Positions 1-13,496 are shown, numbered from the stretch's first letter. The stretch: 64,000 nucleotides of DNA from Amoebidium appalachense (GCA_963693365.1 CAVNZM010000012.1:2542001-2606000), one strand, 5' to 3'. Notes: generated by a model from the sequence alone, not told the origin. Translations and numbers: made by a program.

Positions 1-46
1 TGCAATTAGTATATAGAGCTTGAACGTGCTCTTGCTTTATAATAAT

Positions 47-85
<39 letters not shown>

Positions 86-723
86 AATAAAATTAATAAT
101 AAAAATTATAATTCTGAACGTCTCTCGGGTGTGTGGGTTCTGAGCTGCTATGGCCAAGTTCGTGTGTTTGCATGTATTCAACCCCCCCCCCCCCCCCCCC
201 CCCCCCCCAAACCCACACACGCACATACCAAAACATAAAAAAACTGGAAAACAAATCATAAAAATACAAGAAATATGATACATACATAACACGGATACAC
301 CACCTATGTAGTAAATACGTGTACACATTGTGCCTTCCCCAGCATCGAAAATAACAATTCTCATGTTCCATTACCCTGGCTTTGAGCTCCTTATTCCATC
401 CCCCTGGCCCTGTTTCCATCTCTCTGTGCCGCCACTTTACAAACAAGAAACCAACCATTTCCAACCACCCTATAAACCAACCACCGCTTCTCCCATTTTA
501 GCGTCTGCGTGCTGAGCACCCGAGAGCCACATTTCTCAAATGAGTCTCACCAATCAAGAGACTCGATCAAATTGTGTCTAATTGCCGATTCGACATACGA
601 CAGAGCGCGCCCTTTTCAGATCTCGGCTACACGGCGTCATGGAAATTGTGCACAGAATGACGTCACCAATGTGGCTCGCTGCCTAGCGGTTTAAATGGGA
701 GTAGCGGTGGTTGCTGAAAGTTT

Positions 724-940
724 CTACTTCAAACCCTTTAGGTGCCCAAACTGTCATCACATGTTTCTCTTCCTCGTTTTTTTCCAATTACTCTCCTTCC
801 ACCCTTTTCTCCCCCTTTTCCCCCACGTGTTTTTCTCCATTCATCCATTATCCCTGCCTCCACCACCAATACACTCGATCTCAACTTATCATCCCCCCCT
901 CCCCCCTCTCCCCCCCTCTCCCCCCCCCCCCCCCCCTCTC

Positions 941-974
<34 letters not shown>

Positions 975-1310
975 CCCCCATCTTCTCCCCTCCCCCCCCA
1001 CTTCCCCACCCTCCCACCCTCCCCCCCCTCCCCCCTCCCCTCCCCCCTTCCTCACCTCCCCTCTCCCCTTCCCCCCTCTTCCCCCCTCCCCCCCCCAATC
1101 CTCTTTCCTCCCCTTCCCCCCCTCCCCCCCCCCCCCTCCCCCTCCCCCCCCCCCCCCCCCCACCCCCCACCTTAGCCACAGCATAAGCCGCACTGCCGAC
1201 CACAGCTGCGCCTGCCGGTCCACCCATCAACAGACCTGCAGCACCAGCCACAGCGACCATGGTCATACCCGTAGTGCCTAGCTCGGAGCTGCGCTTGGAA
1301 CTGACCCTCC
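724..1310 (-). CDS. Small unknown protein with glycine-zipper-like hydrophobic segment (last two exons; 5' exons unresolved, probably 1600-2000)
   Basis: Exon ~1310-1171 lies between an acceptor (tgtacag) and a donor (AAG|gtgggg) and encodes RVSSKRSSELGTTGMTMVAVAGAAGLLMGGPAGAAVVGSAAYAVAK. It splices in phase 0 to FGHLKGLK* (TAG at 726-724). Confidence 0.4.
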
Positions 1311-1334
1311 TGTACATGTGAAAATCGATTGTGA

Positions 1335-1372
<38 letters not shown>

Positions 1373-1374
1373 GG

Positions 1375-1464
1375 GGGTTAAAATGTCATTCAGAGTACGA
1401 AGCACACATTCATGACTGACGACGCAATGCAGATTTGGCAAAGCTCAGAGTATGCATCACCGGG
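1375..1464 (+). repeat. G-run-flanked short interspersed repeat copy
   Basis: gagtacgaagcacacattcatgac...aatgcaga...gagtatgcatca matches the copies at 19854, 21597 and (reverse complement) 55471 and 61158; poly-G on both sides. Confidence 0.7.
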
Positions 1465-1585
1465 ACGGGGGGGGGGGGGGGGGGGGGGGGGAGGGGGGGG
1501 GGGGGGGGGAGAGAGAGGCAGCGGAGGGGAGGCGGATGAATACATTTAATCGGTGTGTGTGTGTGTGTGTGTGTGTGTGTTGGGG

Positions 1586-1619
<34 letters not shown>

Positions 1620-2003
1620 GGGACGGGCGGGTAGGGAACAAAGTCAGAGAAAGCATAATTGGCGACAAAAATAGAGTCTCGGAGGCGGACAGGGAAGGGG
1701 GGGAAGGGGGGGGGGGGGGGGGAAGAATTCTCGTTCACGAAGAAGACCGACGCCACGAATACCAGGAAAGTGGGGGATCGGTGCCCCCCCACCCCCCCCT
1801 TCCGAGGGGGAGGGGGGAGGGGGGGGGGGGGGAAGGGAGGGGCGGAAATGAAAAAAGAAACGACAGACGCAAGTTGCCGAGTGTTTGATCAGATATGCCC
1901 CAATGCTGATCACCATGACTAATGTGCGGCCCGTTTTAGCAACGGTTTGCTCCCCGCGATGAAGCCGGCCGAAGGCCGTGTTTCATAGAAAATGAGATAT
2001 ATA

Positions 2004-2228
2004 GGGGCAACCCTTCAAATCTAGACGCCACCTCCAATTCGTGAAGCCACTGTATACTATTGAGACTATTTATTATTAGTTCTACAATTTTTTTTGCGCG
2101 CCGGTTATAAAAAAAAATATTTTTTCAACGGCACGCAAAAAATTATATAGAATTAATAAAAAACAGTCTTAATATAATACACTGGCTTCACGAATTGGAG
2201 GCGGCGTCTAGATTTGGAGGGTTGCCCC
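2004..2228. mobile_element. Fold-back MITE-like element (near-complete palindrome) with TA target-site duplication
   Basis: Left end GGGGCAACCCTTCAAATCTAGACGCCACCTCCAATTCGTGAAGCCA is the near-exact reverse complement of the right end TGGCTTCACGAATTGGAGGCGGCGTCTAGATTTGGAGGGTTGCCCC. Imperfect pairing continues to the centre; TA flanks both ends. Confidence 0.8.
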
Positions 2229-3040
2229 TAATGGCCTTATTGTTAGCAATCAGTCGGATTACGTACACAGCCAGGCTACCAGAGCTTTTGATTGGGAGCG
2301 TACTCTAAATGATCTCAATTGACCAATCACAGTAGTACCGGCAATAGGCTTTTTTTGCTTATGTTCTTAAAAGGCTTTTCATAATTATCAGGGAACTTTA
2401 CTAGACTTGTCGTTCCTTCTCTTCTAGAGCCAATAAAAATGTCCGGTAACAAATACAGCAAACTTAAATAGAACCAAATCATTTGGTCATAGAAAATTTG
2501 TTGATTTCCCCTGTATTAATCGAATTAATTTCCCTACCATGTATGTGCATATCCTCAATATGGGTGTTTTTCAAAGTGGAAAAACGTATACTTCTATTTG
2601 AAATAAAACAATTTTCTATGACCACAATACTAAATATATATATAATAGTTTTTGAAGACCTAAATATAGTGTTTTTACAGCACCCTAGTCCAGAACAGCA
2701 AGGTACATACACCCTCTTTTTGATGTCGGGAGCATGTGCGCAGCTGCTAAGATCAGCGGCCAATTAGTCAACGTGGATTGTGTATGTGCTATTAGATCAT
2801 GTGAGACGGGGCCGGAGTGAGAGGAGGAGAGGGCACGGCGCGGGGGCCGGGGGAGGGGGGGGGGGGGGGGGTGGGATGTCTGAAAAAGCCAAGGAAGAGG
2901 AGAACACGCCCTGGGAGGGGAGGGGGCGGGGGAGATATGGGAACGGGAGAAAGAAGAAAAATGTAAAGGTGGAGGGGGAAGAGGGAATATGCTGACGGTG
3001 GTGGCGACAGCTGCAGGGGGGGGTGGGGGTGGGTGTGTGT

Positions 3041-3071
<31 letters not shown>

Positions 3072-3114
3072 GAGACAGGAATTTGGGAGGGAGTAGAATG
3101 TGTTCGATGTGTAC

Positions 3115-3986
3115 CCACCTGTTTGCACCAACATTAGCGATGTCTACCGTTTCCGTGTCTCCATTTTCTGGATTCTGATTGGTCGGTTTCGGCTGCTGCT
3201 CCCTCGACACCTCTCCATCATTCCCCATGCTGTTTGCGTAAAACATATTCTCTTCCCCCGCACTCGTATTGCTCCAAAATTCGGAATCGTTCCCGCCAAC
3301 AATACTCGACTCCCAATCGCTCTCGTGCTCCGAATCGGACTTGCCCAATCGAGGCTTTTCATTGGGCGGTGTGCCAGCACGTGGTGGTAGTGGGGGTTCT
3401 GCACGATCGCCCAGAATTTCGATCAGATCTTCGCTTTGCAAATCTGGGGTGCTGGCCGATCGGAGACGGAGGGAAGGGACGGTGTGTATCTGTGACTTTA
3501 GGGGGGGGTCAATACATGGTCTATGACGTCAGAATTATGTCACAGTTATGGCTCAGTTCTCATGCAATGACAAATGCTCGGCAATAGGCGGTAGTGCCCC
3601 ATCGATAAAAGCCTGTGACCCCTACTCTCCCCCCCCCCCCCCCCTTTCAACCCCCCCCCCCCTCCCCCGCCTTCCCCCCCCCCCCCCCCCCAAAAAGCAC
3701 CTTTCCCAAGCTTGGTCCAATAATCCTCCCCCCCCCCCCCCCTCAAACCCCCCCCCCCCCCCCCCCCCTCCCCTCCTCCCCCCACCCCCTTGTTTTTTGA
3801 ACAGGCCATATTGATCCCCCCCCCCCCCCCCCCCCCCCTTTTTTGGGGGGGGGGGAAGGGGGGAGGGCAAAAAGCCTCAATCGACCCACCCGCCTCCCTA
3901 GGGGCTGTCACATGCACACATCTTTTAGCCTTTCCAAAACACTTCACATTACCCGAGAGTCGTCCCAAAGCCCTCCTAATTCTTCC

Positions 3987-4026
<40 letters not shown>

Positions 4027-4126
4027 TTCCCTGAGACACTTTAACACTATCCACTCCCTTCACCCCCCCCCCCCCCCCCCCCCCTTTACGCACTTCCAAA
4101 GGTCTCCTGTATCCCCCCCCTCACCC

Positions 4127-4170
<44 letters not shown>

Positions 4171-4347
4171 AGAAACTATTTATCCCCGCTCCCCACCCCC
4201 CTTTCGGCGAAACGGAAAACTGTAGTAATCACCCCCCTGGCCCATACTCCACCGAGGCTCCCGCCAAGGCCTCTTGCTAACTGCTTTCCACCTCTCACCC
4301 CGCCTACATGCAACAAAGGCAGCACACAAACACAGAAACACAATTCC

Positions 4348-4390
<43 letters not shown>

Positions 4391-4644
4391 AAAAAGAGAA
4401 AAAAAAAAACCCCATACCGCACACAGAGGAGACACGCAACCCCCCCCCCCCCCCCCCCTCAAACAACCCCCCCCCCCCCCCCTCTTCCCCCCCCTCCCCG
4501 GAAAAAATCAATAATGCGTAAGACACATGCAAAAACCAATATTACCACCACCAACACCACTTCGCCTTCATAAACACATGCATGAGTGGTCGGGAGAAAA
4601 AACAGCCCTGCCTCCTCCCTCCCCCCCCCTCCTCCTCCCTCCCT

Positions 4645-4683
<39 letters not shown>

Positions 4684-4811
4684 AAAAAAAAAAAAAAGGA
4701 AAGAAAGAAAAAAAGGAAAACACACAAATAGTCATACATTCAATTATTTCTGCCTAATCTACTGACAATATCAGCACGGTCGCACAGGTACTATGGCTTT
4801 ATCCCCCCTCT

Positions 4812-4852
<41 letters not shown>

Positions 4853-4995
4853 ACAAACACACACATCCCTATCCCCCCACCCCCTCAACCCACCCCCGGG
4901 GGGAGGGCCCCTCGTACCCCTCTTGACACCATCCACCCATTATCATCCATCCCCTCACGTCTATTGTGCCTCCCTCCTCTCCCCTTCCTCCTTCC

Positions 4996-5038
<43 letters not shown>

Positions 5039-6470
5039 CCCCCCTTTTCCCCATTGTTCTGCATGTGTGGAAAGTTATCGCATAGCTCGTTTATGAGTCT
5101 AGTACCCAACTATGGGCGGTGGCCAAAGGGTCAGACAGATACAAATACAGATTGGGTAAAAAACCCCTGCCTCTCCCCGAGTCTCCCGTCTCCAAATACT
5201 CCAACACCCCGTACCCCTCCCCGAAAACACATTAATAATAAATATGACAGTAAATAGTACTAGTAAATATAAACCGATGTGCAACTCCATGATTTACCTA
5301 GTCTTTCGAGCGCTTTCTGTGTCGGGTGTCTTCAGATATCCCTCCCCCCTCCCTCCCCCCCCCCCCCCCCCCCCCCGGCTCTCTGGCACGGTGCGTACAC
5401 ACATTGGACACGAGCATCGTACCCATAACTCTGCCTCCTTGTTTCACATTTCATCATAATTGCAGCACAGGCATCAGTCGGCAGAGGTCGATACTGAGAA
5501 GTTTATCTAGCACGAATATTGGTGGGCCCAGCTGGTGGTGAGGGGGGAGGGAGGAAGGGGTGGGGGGAGGGGGCGGAGGGGGGGGGGAGTAGATACCTGG
5601 CTTGGACCAACTTGCACGTGGGCACTCTCCTTTAGTCGACCGGTGTTTGTCTTCCACCATGCTTTCATCTTTCGCATTATGTCCTCTTCCTTCTTCTCCT
5701 TTCTCCCTTCCTTTTTCTCATCATCCTTTGAAAACATACCCTGTTTGTTCTTGGATTTTGGTGCTTCTAGAGAAATCCTCCTTGGCACATCTCTTAGATT
5801 TCTGGGTGAGGCAGGGAAAGATGCAACCAACTCCCCTTCTGCATCACTCTCAATTCTGTCTGGCTCCTCCCCTTCTGACGGATATGCACCCTCTTCATCC
5901 GTCCCGTTTTTGTCCTTTTTATCCTTTTTCGTTCGTCTATAGTCGGCCTCCTGCGCACCCACCACGACTATGTCGTAATCTTTCCCGTTTCCAAGCCACT
6001 CTGTCAGGTCTTTGGGCGGGAGCGCATTTCCCATGTTCCATGTTGCTACCAACAGGGAAAGCTGTAAGAGGAAAGGTGTGAGGATGGATGATAGCAAGCA
6101 CGATGTACACAGGAAAAGGTGTGATGAGATGTGCCATTGGATTACAATCTTGCAAACCGCTTTGCCAACCAGCACTGCTGTGTATCCTGGCTATATTTTG
6201 CTTGCCAATAAAACAGACTGCCATACTGAAAACACTGCATTTCAAGGCCATGCACGCAAAAAACATCAACACGCAACCCTGAAACAAAGATTCACAATCG
6301 CAACAAAGGTTGTGCTCCTGCAATTAACAAGAACGCAGTGCGCTTGTTCCAGATTATGCACCAACACCGTCCAGAGCACAAGTTTTTTAGCAGGTGAGCA
6401 TTTTTTTGTTGGCGGGGGTGAGGAAACTAGCAAAGGATCAGCTTACTTTTCTGTTATGACCAGTCTCCAT
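3115..6470 (-). pseudogene. Inositol polyphosphate 5-phosphatase (IPPc, SHIP-like); intact N-terminal exons, disrupted or mis-assembled core
   Basis: METGHNRK exon (6470-6447) splices to exon ~6062-5597, LSLLVATWNMGNALPPKDLTEWLGNGKDYDIVVVGAQE (IPPc N-terminal WN and GxQE motifs). Downstream exon-like patches give only garbled motif echoes with stops and frameshifts (LGTRLINELCDNFPH; TAYCRAF; ACG TCA ta GAC CAT, about TSDH). An open exon at 3460-3115 has a PPLPPR motif. Confidence 0.6.
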
Positions 6471-6909
6471 TCTGCAATCAAAAAATTATCACAGGAAAGA
6501 TAGACCGCAGGATCGCAGGCACGTCCTTACTTCACATATGATGTAAACCTTCAATCTTGCTTGTGCCAATCATAAACAATGAGAAAGAATATCTGCTGCC
6601 CATGCCACCTGTGCAATTTCTAACTAACACACCGACTGCATCTTATGTGGACAGTGAAACAACGCTTGGTATACTTCGTAAACTTTCATTACATGTGTAC
6701 ACAGCCTGACCAGAAAAAAAATGGAAGCAAAAATTTCTGGGTGCGTGATCAGGGCGGTGAGTACGGCCCTCTGAACACTGAGCCACCCAAGGATTCGGCG
6801 AAACTCCACAGCCAATCGTCACAACTTACTGATAACCTTATATGGCTATTTGCTTGAGATTACGTAATCGTACAATTTCACATGTCCCAGGGGTGTGGTT
6901 GTGTGTGTA

Positions 6910-6973
<64 letters not shown>

Positions 6974-7120
6974 GTATGTGTGCGCGTGCGGCGTGCTTGT
7001 GTGCGTAGGCAGGTGGGATACAGAGAGCTTGAGAGTCCCGGGGAAAGGGGGGGGGGGGGGGGATACATCACACTGTGGCCTTTCTGAGACATTTATTTCC
7101 TTTATGTAAACACCAATGTA

Positions 7121-7531
7121 CCGTATTGACAAACACAAGTACAAGAATGTCCGCCTAAAAAAATGTACAAAAAAGTTCGGTTGCCACCCTCTTTCTTTCA
7201 TCCATAGAAACATCAAAACTAAAATATGGAAACCACTTGACAAAGAAACAGACGAAAGGCGATATGCATCTTTCACAACGGGGCTCTTGAACAGTTGGCC
7301 CCAACTGCGCGCCGCCAATCCGGGCCGTAATCACACTCGAGCATATTACGTTACGTGAAGTGTCGCTGTGCATACACAATTTTGAAGAGTTTTGACACCT
7401 AAAGTCACGCCCCTATTACACCTTCAAGATTAACGTTGCTCGTATCATAGAGACCTTGTGAGTCACTTCACGAATGGAACACCCCTTTCCGCAGGTTTTG
7501 TTTGCAAAGCACAAGAGAACAGAGAATGCGG
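7121..7531. mobile_element. Possible Tc2/pogo-like non-autonomous element
   Basis: TA|CCGTATT ... AATGCGG|TA ends (6/7 inverted match) around an AT-rich interior without microsatellites; the TIR is very short. Confidence 0.3.
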
Positions 7532-7559
7532 TACTAAGAGGTAGTGGTAAGCAAATTAT

Positions 7560-7840
7560 ACCCGTGCGTATGCCTTGATGCAGTGCCAGTCAGGCGCCCC
7601 GACTCCCGGATCAGCAACACCTTGCACTGAGGACAAACAGTTAGCAACTTACCAATTACAGTTACACAAGAGTTACTTTTGATCATCTCCTTTGGATTTT
7701 TGTGATTTGCATTTTTGTGACACGTGTGTGTGTGTGTGTGTGCGCGCGCGTGCGTGCCATGAGTGCAAGTGTAAGCCCACGGACGCGTGTGCTATTTTTT
7801 TTATTTATAAGGTTGTTGTTTTTGTTTTTTTTGTTTGTTT

Positions 7841-7871
<31 letters not shown>

Positions 7872-8364
7872 GGTAGAATGTGCTGCAGAATACGAAGTAC
7901 ACTTCAATAGGGGTTGTGTCGTTAGATGTGGTTTGCTCACGGGGGTACTCCCCCCAGAGACCTTGGCCTCTTTTCGTAGCTTGTAGATGCTCTTCCCGCA
8001 GGGACCCCCCACTTGGAGGGGTTCTCTGAGATAGATTTTCTCTTAAATTCGGCTAAGTTTGATTTGGTAGTTTTGGCTTTGTCTTTCTTATCTAGCCTTC
8101 CACCCGTGTGAGTTATGGGTGTATACATATCCTGTAAACCCGGTGTATGTATAGCTCGGGGCGCCTGCGGCGCCCCTCGTCAAGTGTGTGGCCGTGCTGG
8201 AAAATGCAGTAAGCCACACATGCACACGAGGGGCTGTGCTCCCACCGTATCCCCAAAATATAGACCGTGCAAACCATCAAGTACACATTCATGACGGAAT
8301 ATTCAATGCAAATTGCAAGCAACACGGAGTATTCGCTGTAAGGAGAGTTCGGTTTCCCGGGGGG

Positions 8365-8396
<32 letters not shown>

Positions 8397-8727
8397 TTTG
8401 CTGTTTGAAATTATACCCAACAGCGAGGGCATCAGAGCGCCAACCCCACACCCCAAACACACCACATATCCCTCACAGCCAATCATTACATCTCCAGCCA
8501 CACACATTTAATACCTTGGTACAAGCACATGACGTCAGAGCCCACTGCCAGGGTGCCCCCCACGTCATTCCATGCGAGGTTGGTCACAGACTCTACCGAG
8601 ATGCGATTCTCTGCCTCCCCCTCCAGCTGCCGTGAAACGTAACAGCGACGCACATGGCCATGTCCCTCCACACTGTATGTGAACACCGAGCATGAGCAAA
8701 GGGGCACACACAGAGATAGAGCAAGGG

Positions 8728-8766
<39 letters not shown>

Positions 8767-8828
8767 GGAAGAGAGAGAGAGAGACAGAGAGAGAACGAGA
8801 GGGAAAGAGGGAGGGAAAGAGAGAAGAA

Positions 8829-8861
<33 letters not shown>

Positions 8862-9024
8862 GAAGGGGGAGGAGGGAGGGCAAGGGAATCATTTGGAGGG
8901 GTGGAAATGGGTTGGGAACGTAACAAGAGGTATAGATGCAATTATTTTGCATGACGGTAATTGGGGGACGTGATTTGAAAAGGGGGAAGGGGAGGGAAAG
9001 ACGAAAGCCGCGATCTGATAAGGG

Positions 9025-9067
<43 letters not shown>

Positions 9068-9205
9068 GGGAGAGAGAGAGAGAGAGAAAGAGAGGTGCAC
9101 ATGTGCACGCTTCACACATACAGGCACGTACATGCAAGCTGACACGCACACATGCACACAGGGAGATTTGCAAGAGAGCCACTGGTGAAGGCGGAGGGAG
9201 AAGGT

Positions 9206-9244
<39 letters not shown>

Positions 9245-11121
9245 GAGTTCGTATAAGCACACAACGGTTGTGCCGAAGGTGACACGAGATCAGGGTGATA
9301 CTTGAAATGCCTGTCATGAGAGTACCCGTACACCTTTAAGGTTTTTCAACTCTTGCATTTCAAACCATATTCATGGCCTTGTCAACCTTCTGTTCATACC
9401 TGCAAATTTCCCTAGATAGTCACTTCAGAAACACAGAAACAGATACAAAAGTATACGAAATAATTGACATTCCCCAAGCAAACTTAGAAACGTATGAAGG
9501 TAACACATACGTGTCATTATTTGCAATTTATTTGAGCTTTTCCTATCGATTTGAGCCGCAATAGAGTTGTTTAGAGCTGTTTAGAGCTGGCCGGCTGCCG
9601 GCCAAATCAAGTAGTGCCGGCTCAAAGAGGTTAATAAAGAAGATAGAACGCGTCGCAGAAGAATGAAATGGACATGCGGATATGAAAAAGAACAACAACA
9701 TTGGTTGACGACCAAATAAACCAGAGCCTAAACATTAGAACTTGTACTAAATCTTGTTTGTTTGTTTTCAAAAAGAGGGAGGAGGAGGAGGAGGAGAGGA
9801 GGGGGAAGGGGGGGGGGGACAAACCATCCAGCTGGGATCTCGTAGATGGATGGAATGCACCTTCCACCGGCCATAGGCATGACAGCAAACAGACCACAGT
9901 TTCTGAATGGAATTTGCAGCAGTCAGTGGGGGCACATGCGCTATGCCTGGCACACATGTTCACCTAAATACGGGTGGGTTAGAGTCACATGTTCACTTGA
10001 ACATGGTTGGGTTAGAGTCACATGTTCACTTAACCTCTTGAGGACCGTAAATTTCACGAGATCGAGATCGAGGTCACCAGCACGGAGACGACCAAGTTTG
10101 TGCTCTAATGTGAGCATAAAGTTGGTAGGAAGTAGCCAAATAAAAGTTGCACAAGATCAGAAAACACACTTGTCCTTCGTCGTATACCAAAAAAAATGAA
10201 CTTATTCTATTAACGATATATTGTATAAGGTGTAACTACAAGGGGTGTTTGCCGGCTTGACGAAATCAATGACGACATCGAAATGCTGTCAATGCAATCT
10301 TCTGATTGGACCAATGTGAAAATTGCTCAAAATGGCAAAACATGATTGGCCGGCTCAGTCGACATTCGATGGCAACTCCAAGAATCTCTCAAAATCTCGA
10401 AAGTCACTTCAGAAACATATATAAAAATATACCAAATACTGATATTGTCCTCTAACCATCTTAGTAAAGCTTGTAGGTAAGACATGCAATTTATTCGAGC
10501 CTTTTCTATCGATTTTGAGCTGCAATAGAGTTGTTTAGGTCCCAACCGGGACCCGGTAGAATCAATTAGGCCGGTCCTCAACAGGTTAACTTAGAGTCAC
10601 ATGTTCACTTGAACATGGGTGGGTTAGAGTCACATGTTCACTTAAACATGGGTGGTTAGAGTCACATGTTCACTTGAACATGGGTGGGTTAGAGTCACAT
10701 TTCACTTAAACATGGGTGGGTTAGAGTCACATGTCCACTTAAATACGCGAGGGTTAGAGTCACATGTTCACTTAAATACGGGTGGGTTAGAGTCACATGT
10801 TCATTTAAATACGCGTGGGTTAGGGTCGCATGTTCACTTAAATACGCATGGGTTAGAGTCACATGTTCACTTAAACATGGGTGGGTTAGAGTTACATTTA
10901 CAGGCAGGCAGACAACAGGAAAGAGCAGTGGGATAGCCGGAGGTTAGAGTTGCATCAGTAGGCAAAAAGCAATAGGCAAAAAGAATGAAAATAATAGATA
11001 GGAACTCAGGAGACAGAGCTTCTGGGAAGCTCCCCCGCTGCTACCTAAGTCGATACTCCCCTGGCTAACATACCACTCCACTGATAACTAATAGGGATTA
11101 TAAGAAGGGCTTTTTTTTTTG

Positions 11122-11155
<34 letters not shown>

Positions 11156-11573
11156 TGCACCTTAGGCTAGAGTTACCCAGGGCCACAATAACGTCGTTCC
11201 AACCCTGCATGTCGGCTTCGAGGAAACCCATTGGCCCGAGCAATAGCTCCTGCCACTGCCCGTATGCTCGGTTGTAGTCGTATAGCTGCAGGGAGAGAGG
11301 GGGGTTGGGTTGGGGGGGGGGGGGGGGGGGGGGTCAGAATGCATTACGGAATAAAGTACACATTCACGACGGGCAACACGATGAAGATTTTGCCTCGGGG
11401 CAAGAGGGGGGGGGGGAGGGGGGGGGGGTTGAATGCGGGACACGGTACGAAGTACGCATACACGATGAGAAGCATGGTGCAGGACACATGCAAAGGCAAA
11501 CATTCAAGTATGAAACATCAGCCATGGGCACAGTATGCGTCATAAGCAGAGCCCATCCTCAGGGAGGGCCGGG

Positions 11574-11611
<38 letters not shown>

Positions 11612-11744
11612 GTTAGGGCAAACAAAAATCAAGAATTCGTTTTGGAAAGTCAAAATCGACATACATGGTCACGTCTCATTAGTTTCATGGAGCCTTGGAA
11701 TTCAATTCTCTTGCTATCTTGGAATGGGCCGGTGTGCCCTTGGC

Positions 11745-11842
<98 letters not shown>

Positions 11843-12369
11843 GGCGTGTGTGTGCATGCATGTGTGCGTGCGTTCGTGCGTGCCTGCGTGTGTTTGTGGC
11901 TACTGATGTTTTTGTGTAAATGTGGTGTTTGGGGAGAGTTATGAGGGAGGAAAAGGACCGGGGGGGGGGGGGGGGGGGGGGGCGCTAACCTTAATAGGAA
12001 GCCTTGGGGTTTTATTTGTTCCGGAAGGCTCTCGGAGCCCGACAGCCAAAATGAGATGATTTCCAAGCATGCCAAAAGTAAGGCGGTGAGCAGTGGCATC
12101 ACACAGATCCACTTCATCCTGTGATGAGGTGTCAGGAATATCATTGATCAAAAGATATGTGCCAGTTCTATTTCAAAGGATGAACATCTTTATACAAGTC
12201 ACCAAACCAATAGTATTTAGTGTTTGGCAGAGAATGCAAGCTTTCACATGTGTGCATCACTGAAATTGGGTAACTTCCCACATACACTGACACAGCCAAA
12301 TTTGATTGATGTTGCCCTGAACCGATACTCCGTACCGGGCCGGGAAAATGGGGGTTGGACAGGGAGGGG

Positions 12370-12409
<40 letters not shown>

Positions 12410-13274
12410 AAAGTTTTGTGAGGAAAGTGGCTCGGGAAAGAGACTGGGCAAGATGGACACATGGGATGCGCAAAGAAAAACAACAAAACGGGGCAGCACA
12501 GAGAATGATGTGTAGAACGAAAAGACAAAAAGGACAACACTAAGTAGAGCTGAAAGAGGTGGCCGGAGTAGACGTGCTTTCTAGAACAAAAGCCGAAAGA
12601 AGGGTGGTGGTGTGTGTGTGTGTGTGTGTGGCGCGGGGGGGGGGGGGGGGGGGAAGGGGGGGGGGGGGGGGGGGAGGGGGGGATGTTACCACTAGCTCCC
12701 AGTGTGTGGGCATTAGAGATGATGCTGATCGGTATGTGCGAATAGGTCCTTGAGTGGTGGCTACAGCCTGCAAAAGGAAAAGGAGGGGAGGGGGGGGGAA
12801 GTGGGGGGGGAGGGGGAGAGAGGGGGGAGGGGGGGGGGGGGGGGGGGGGGGGAGGGAGGGGGGTCAGCCTCAAGACGTGTGTGCATGTGCACACATGCAC
12901 GATTGATGCGGCTGGTGTAATGTGAGTGAGTGAATGTGTGGGTGGGTGGGTGGGCGGGTACGTGTGTGTGCGGGTGAGTGCATGTGGAAGTTAAATCATG
13001 GGTGGGCGGATGAGTGTGAGTGTGGGTGAGTGTGTGTGCGTTTGTGTGCATGCAAGTGACGAGTGTGTGTGTGCGCGCGCACATGTGAAATGTGAGTGAG
13101 CGAGTAAGTGTGTGTATGTGTGTGTGTAAGCGTGGGTGGGTGTGCGTGTGTGTTTGTGTGTGTGCGTGTGTGTGTGCGTGTGTGTGTGTGTTAAGTGTGG
13201 ATGTGTGCTTGGATCTGTGCGTGCTTGGTGTGTCTGTTGGGTGTGTGTGTGTGTGCTCGGGTGTGCGTGTATTT

Positions 13275-13318
<44 letters not shown>

Positions 13319-13496
13319 CGTGTGAGTGTGCGTGTGCGTGTGCATGTGCATGTGCGTGTGTGTGCACGCGCGTGCCGAGTCCTGATTCTGTCCGTTAAAT
13401 CCGAATGCATACATATTCCTGCACCTCCAAAAAAATAATGTTGTCACTCTTTCTCCTATAACCGTTGTCACCAGTGCCTCCCCCCCCCCCCCCCCC

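Noticed and set aside
38-100. (AAC)n/(AAT)n poly-Asn ORF
   Set aside because: Simple trinucleotide microsatellite with no coding context.
125-183. Weak reverse-orientation match to the G-flanked repeat (…gcatgtattcaa + poly-C)
   Set aside because: Similarity is limited to the terminal few bases and the host gene is unknown; not counted in the orientation tally.
9953-10897. 33-bp regular repeats as a CRISPR array
   Set aside because: Head-to-tail units with no unique spacers, no cas genes, eukaryotic intron.
11535-11565. CTGAGGA in the G-flanked repeat as a hammerhead core or C-box
   Set aside because: Not conserved across copies (CTGAGAA at ~63487) and no following GAAA or paired D box.
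12190-12225. YYWFGDLYK on the minus strand resembling the IPPc FWxGDLNYR motif
   Set aside because: It lies upstream of the IPPc start, in a probable intron of another gene, and is followed closely by a stop; likely chance.
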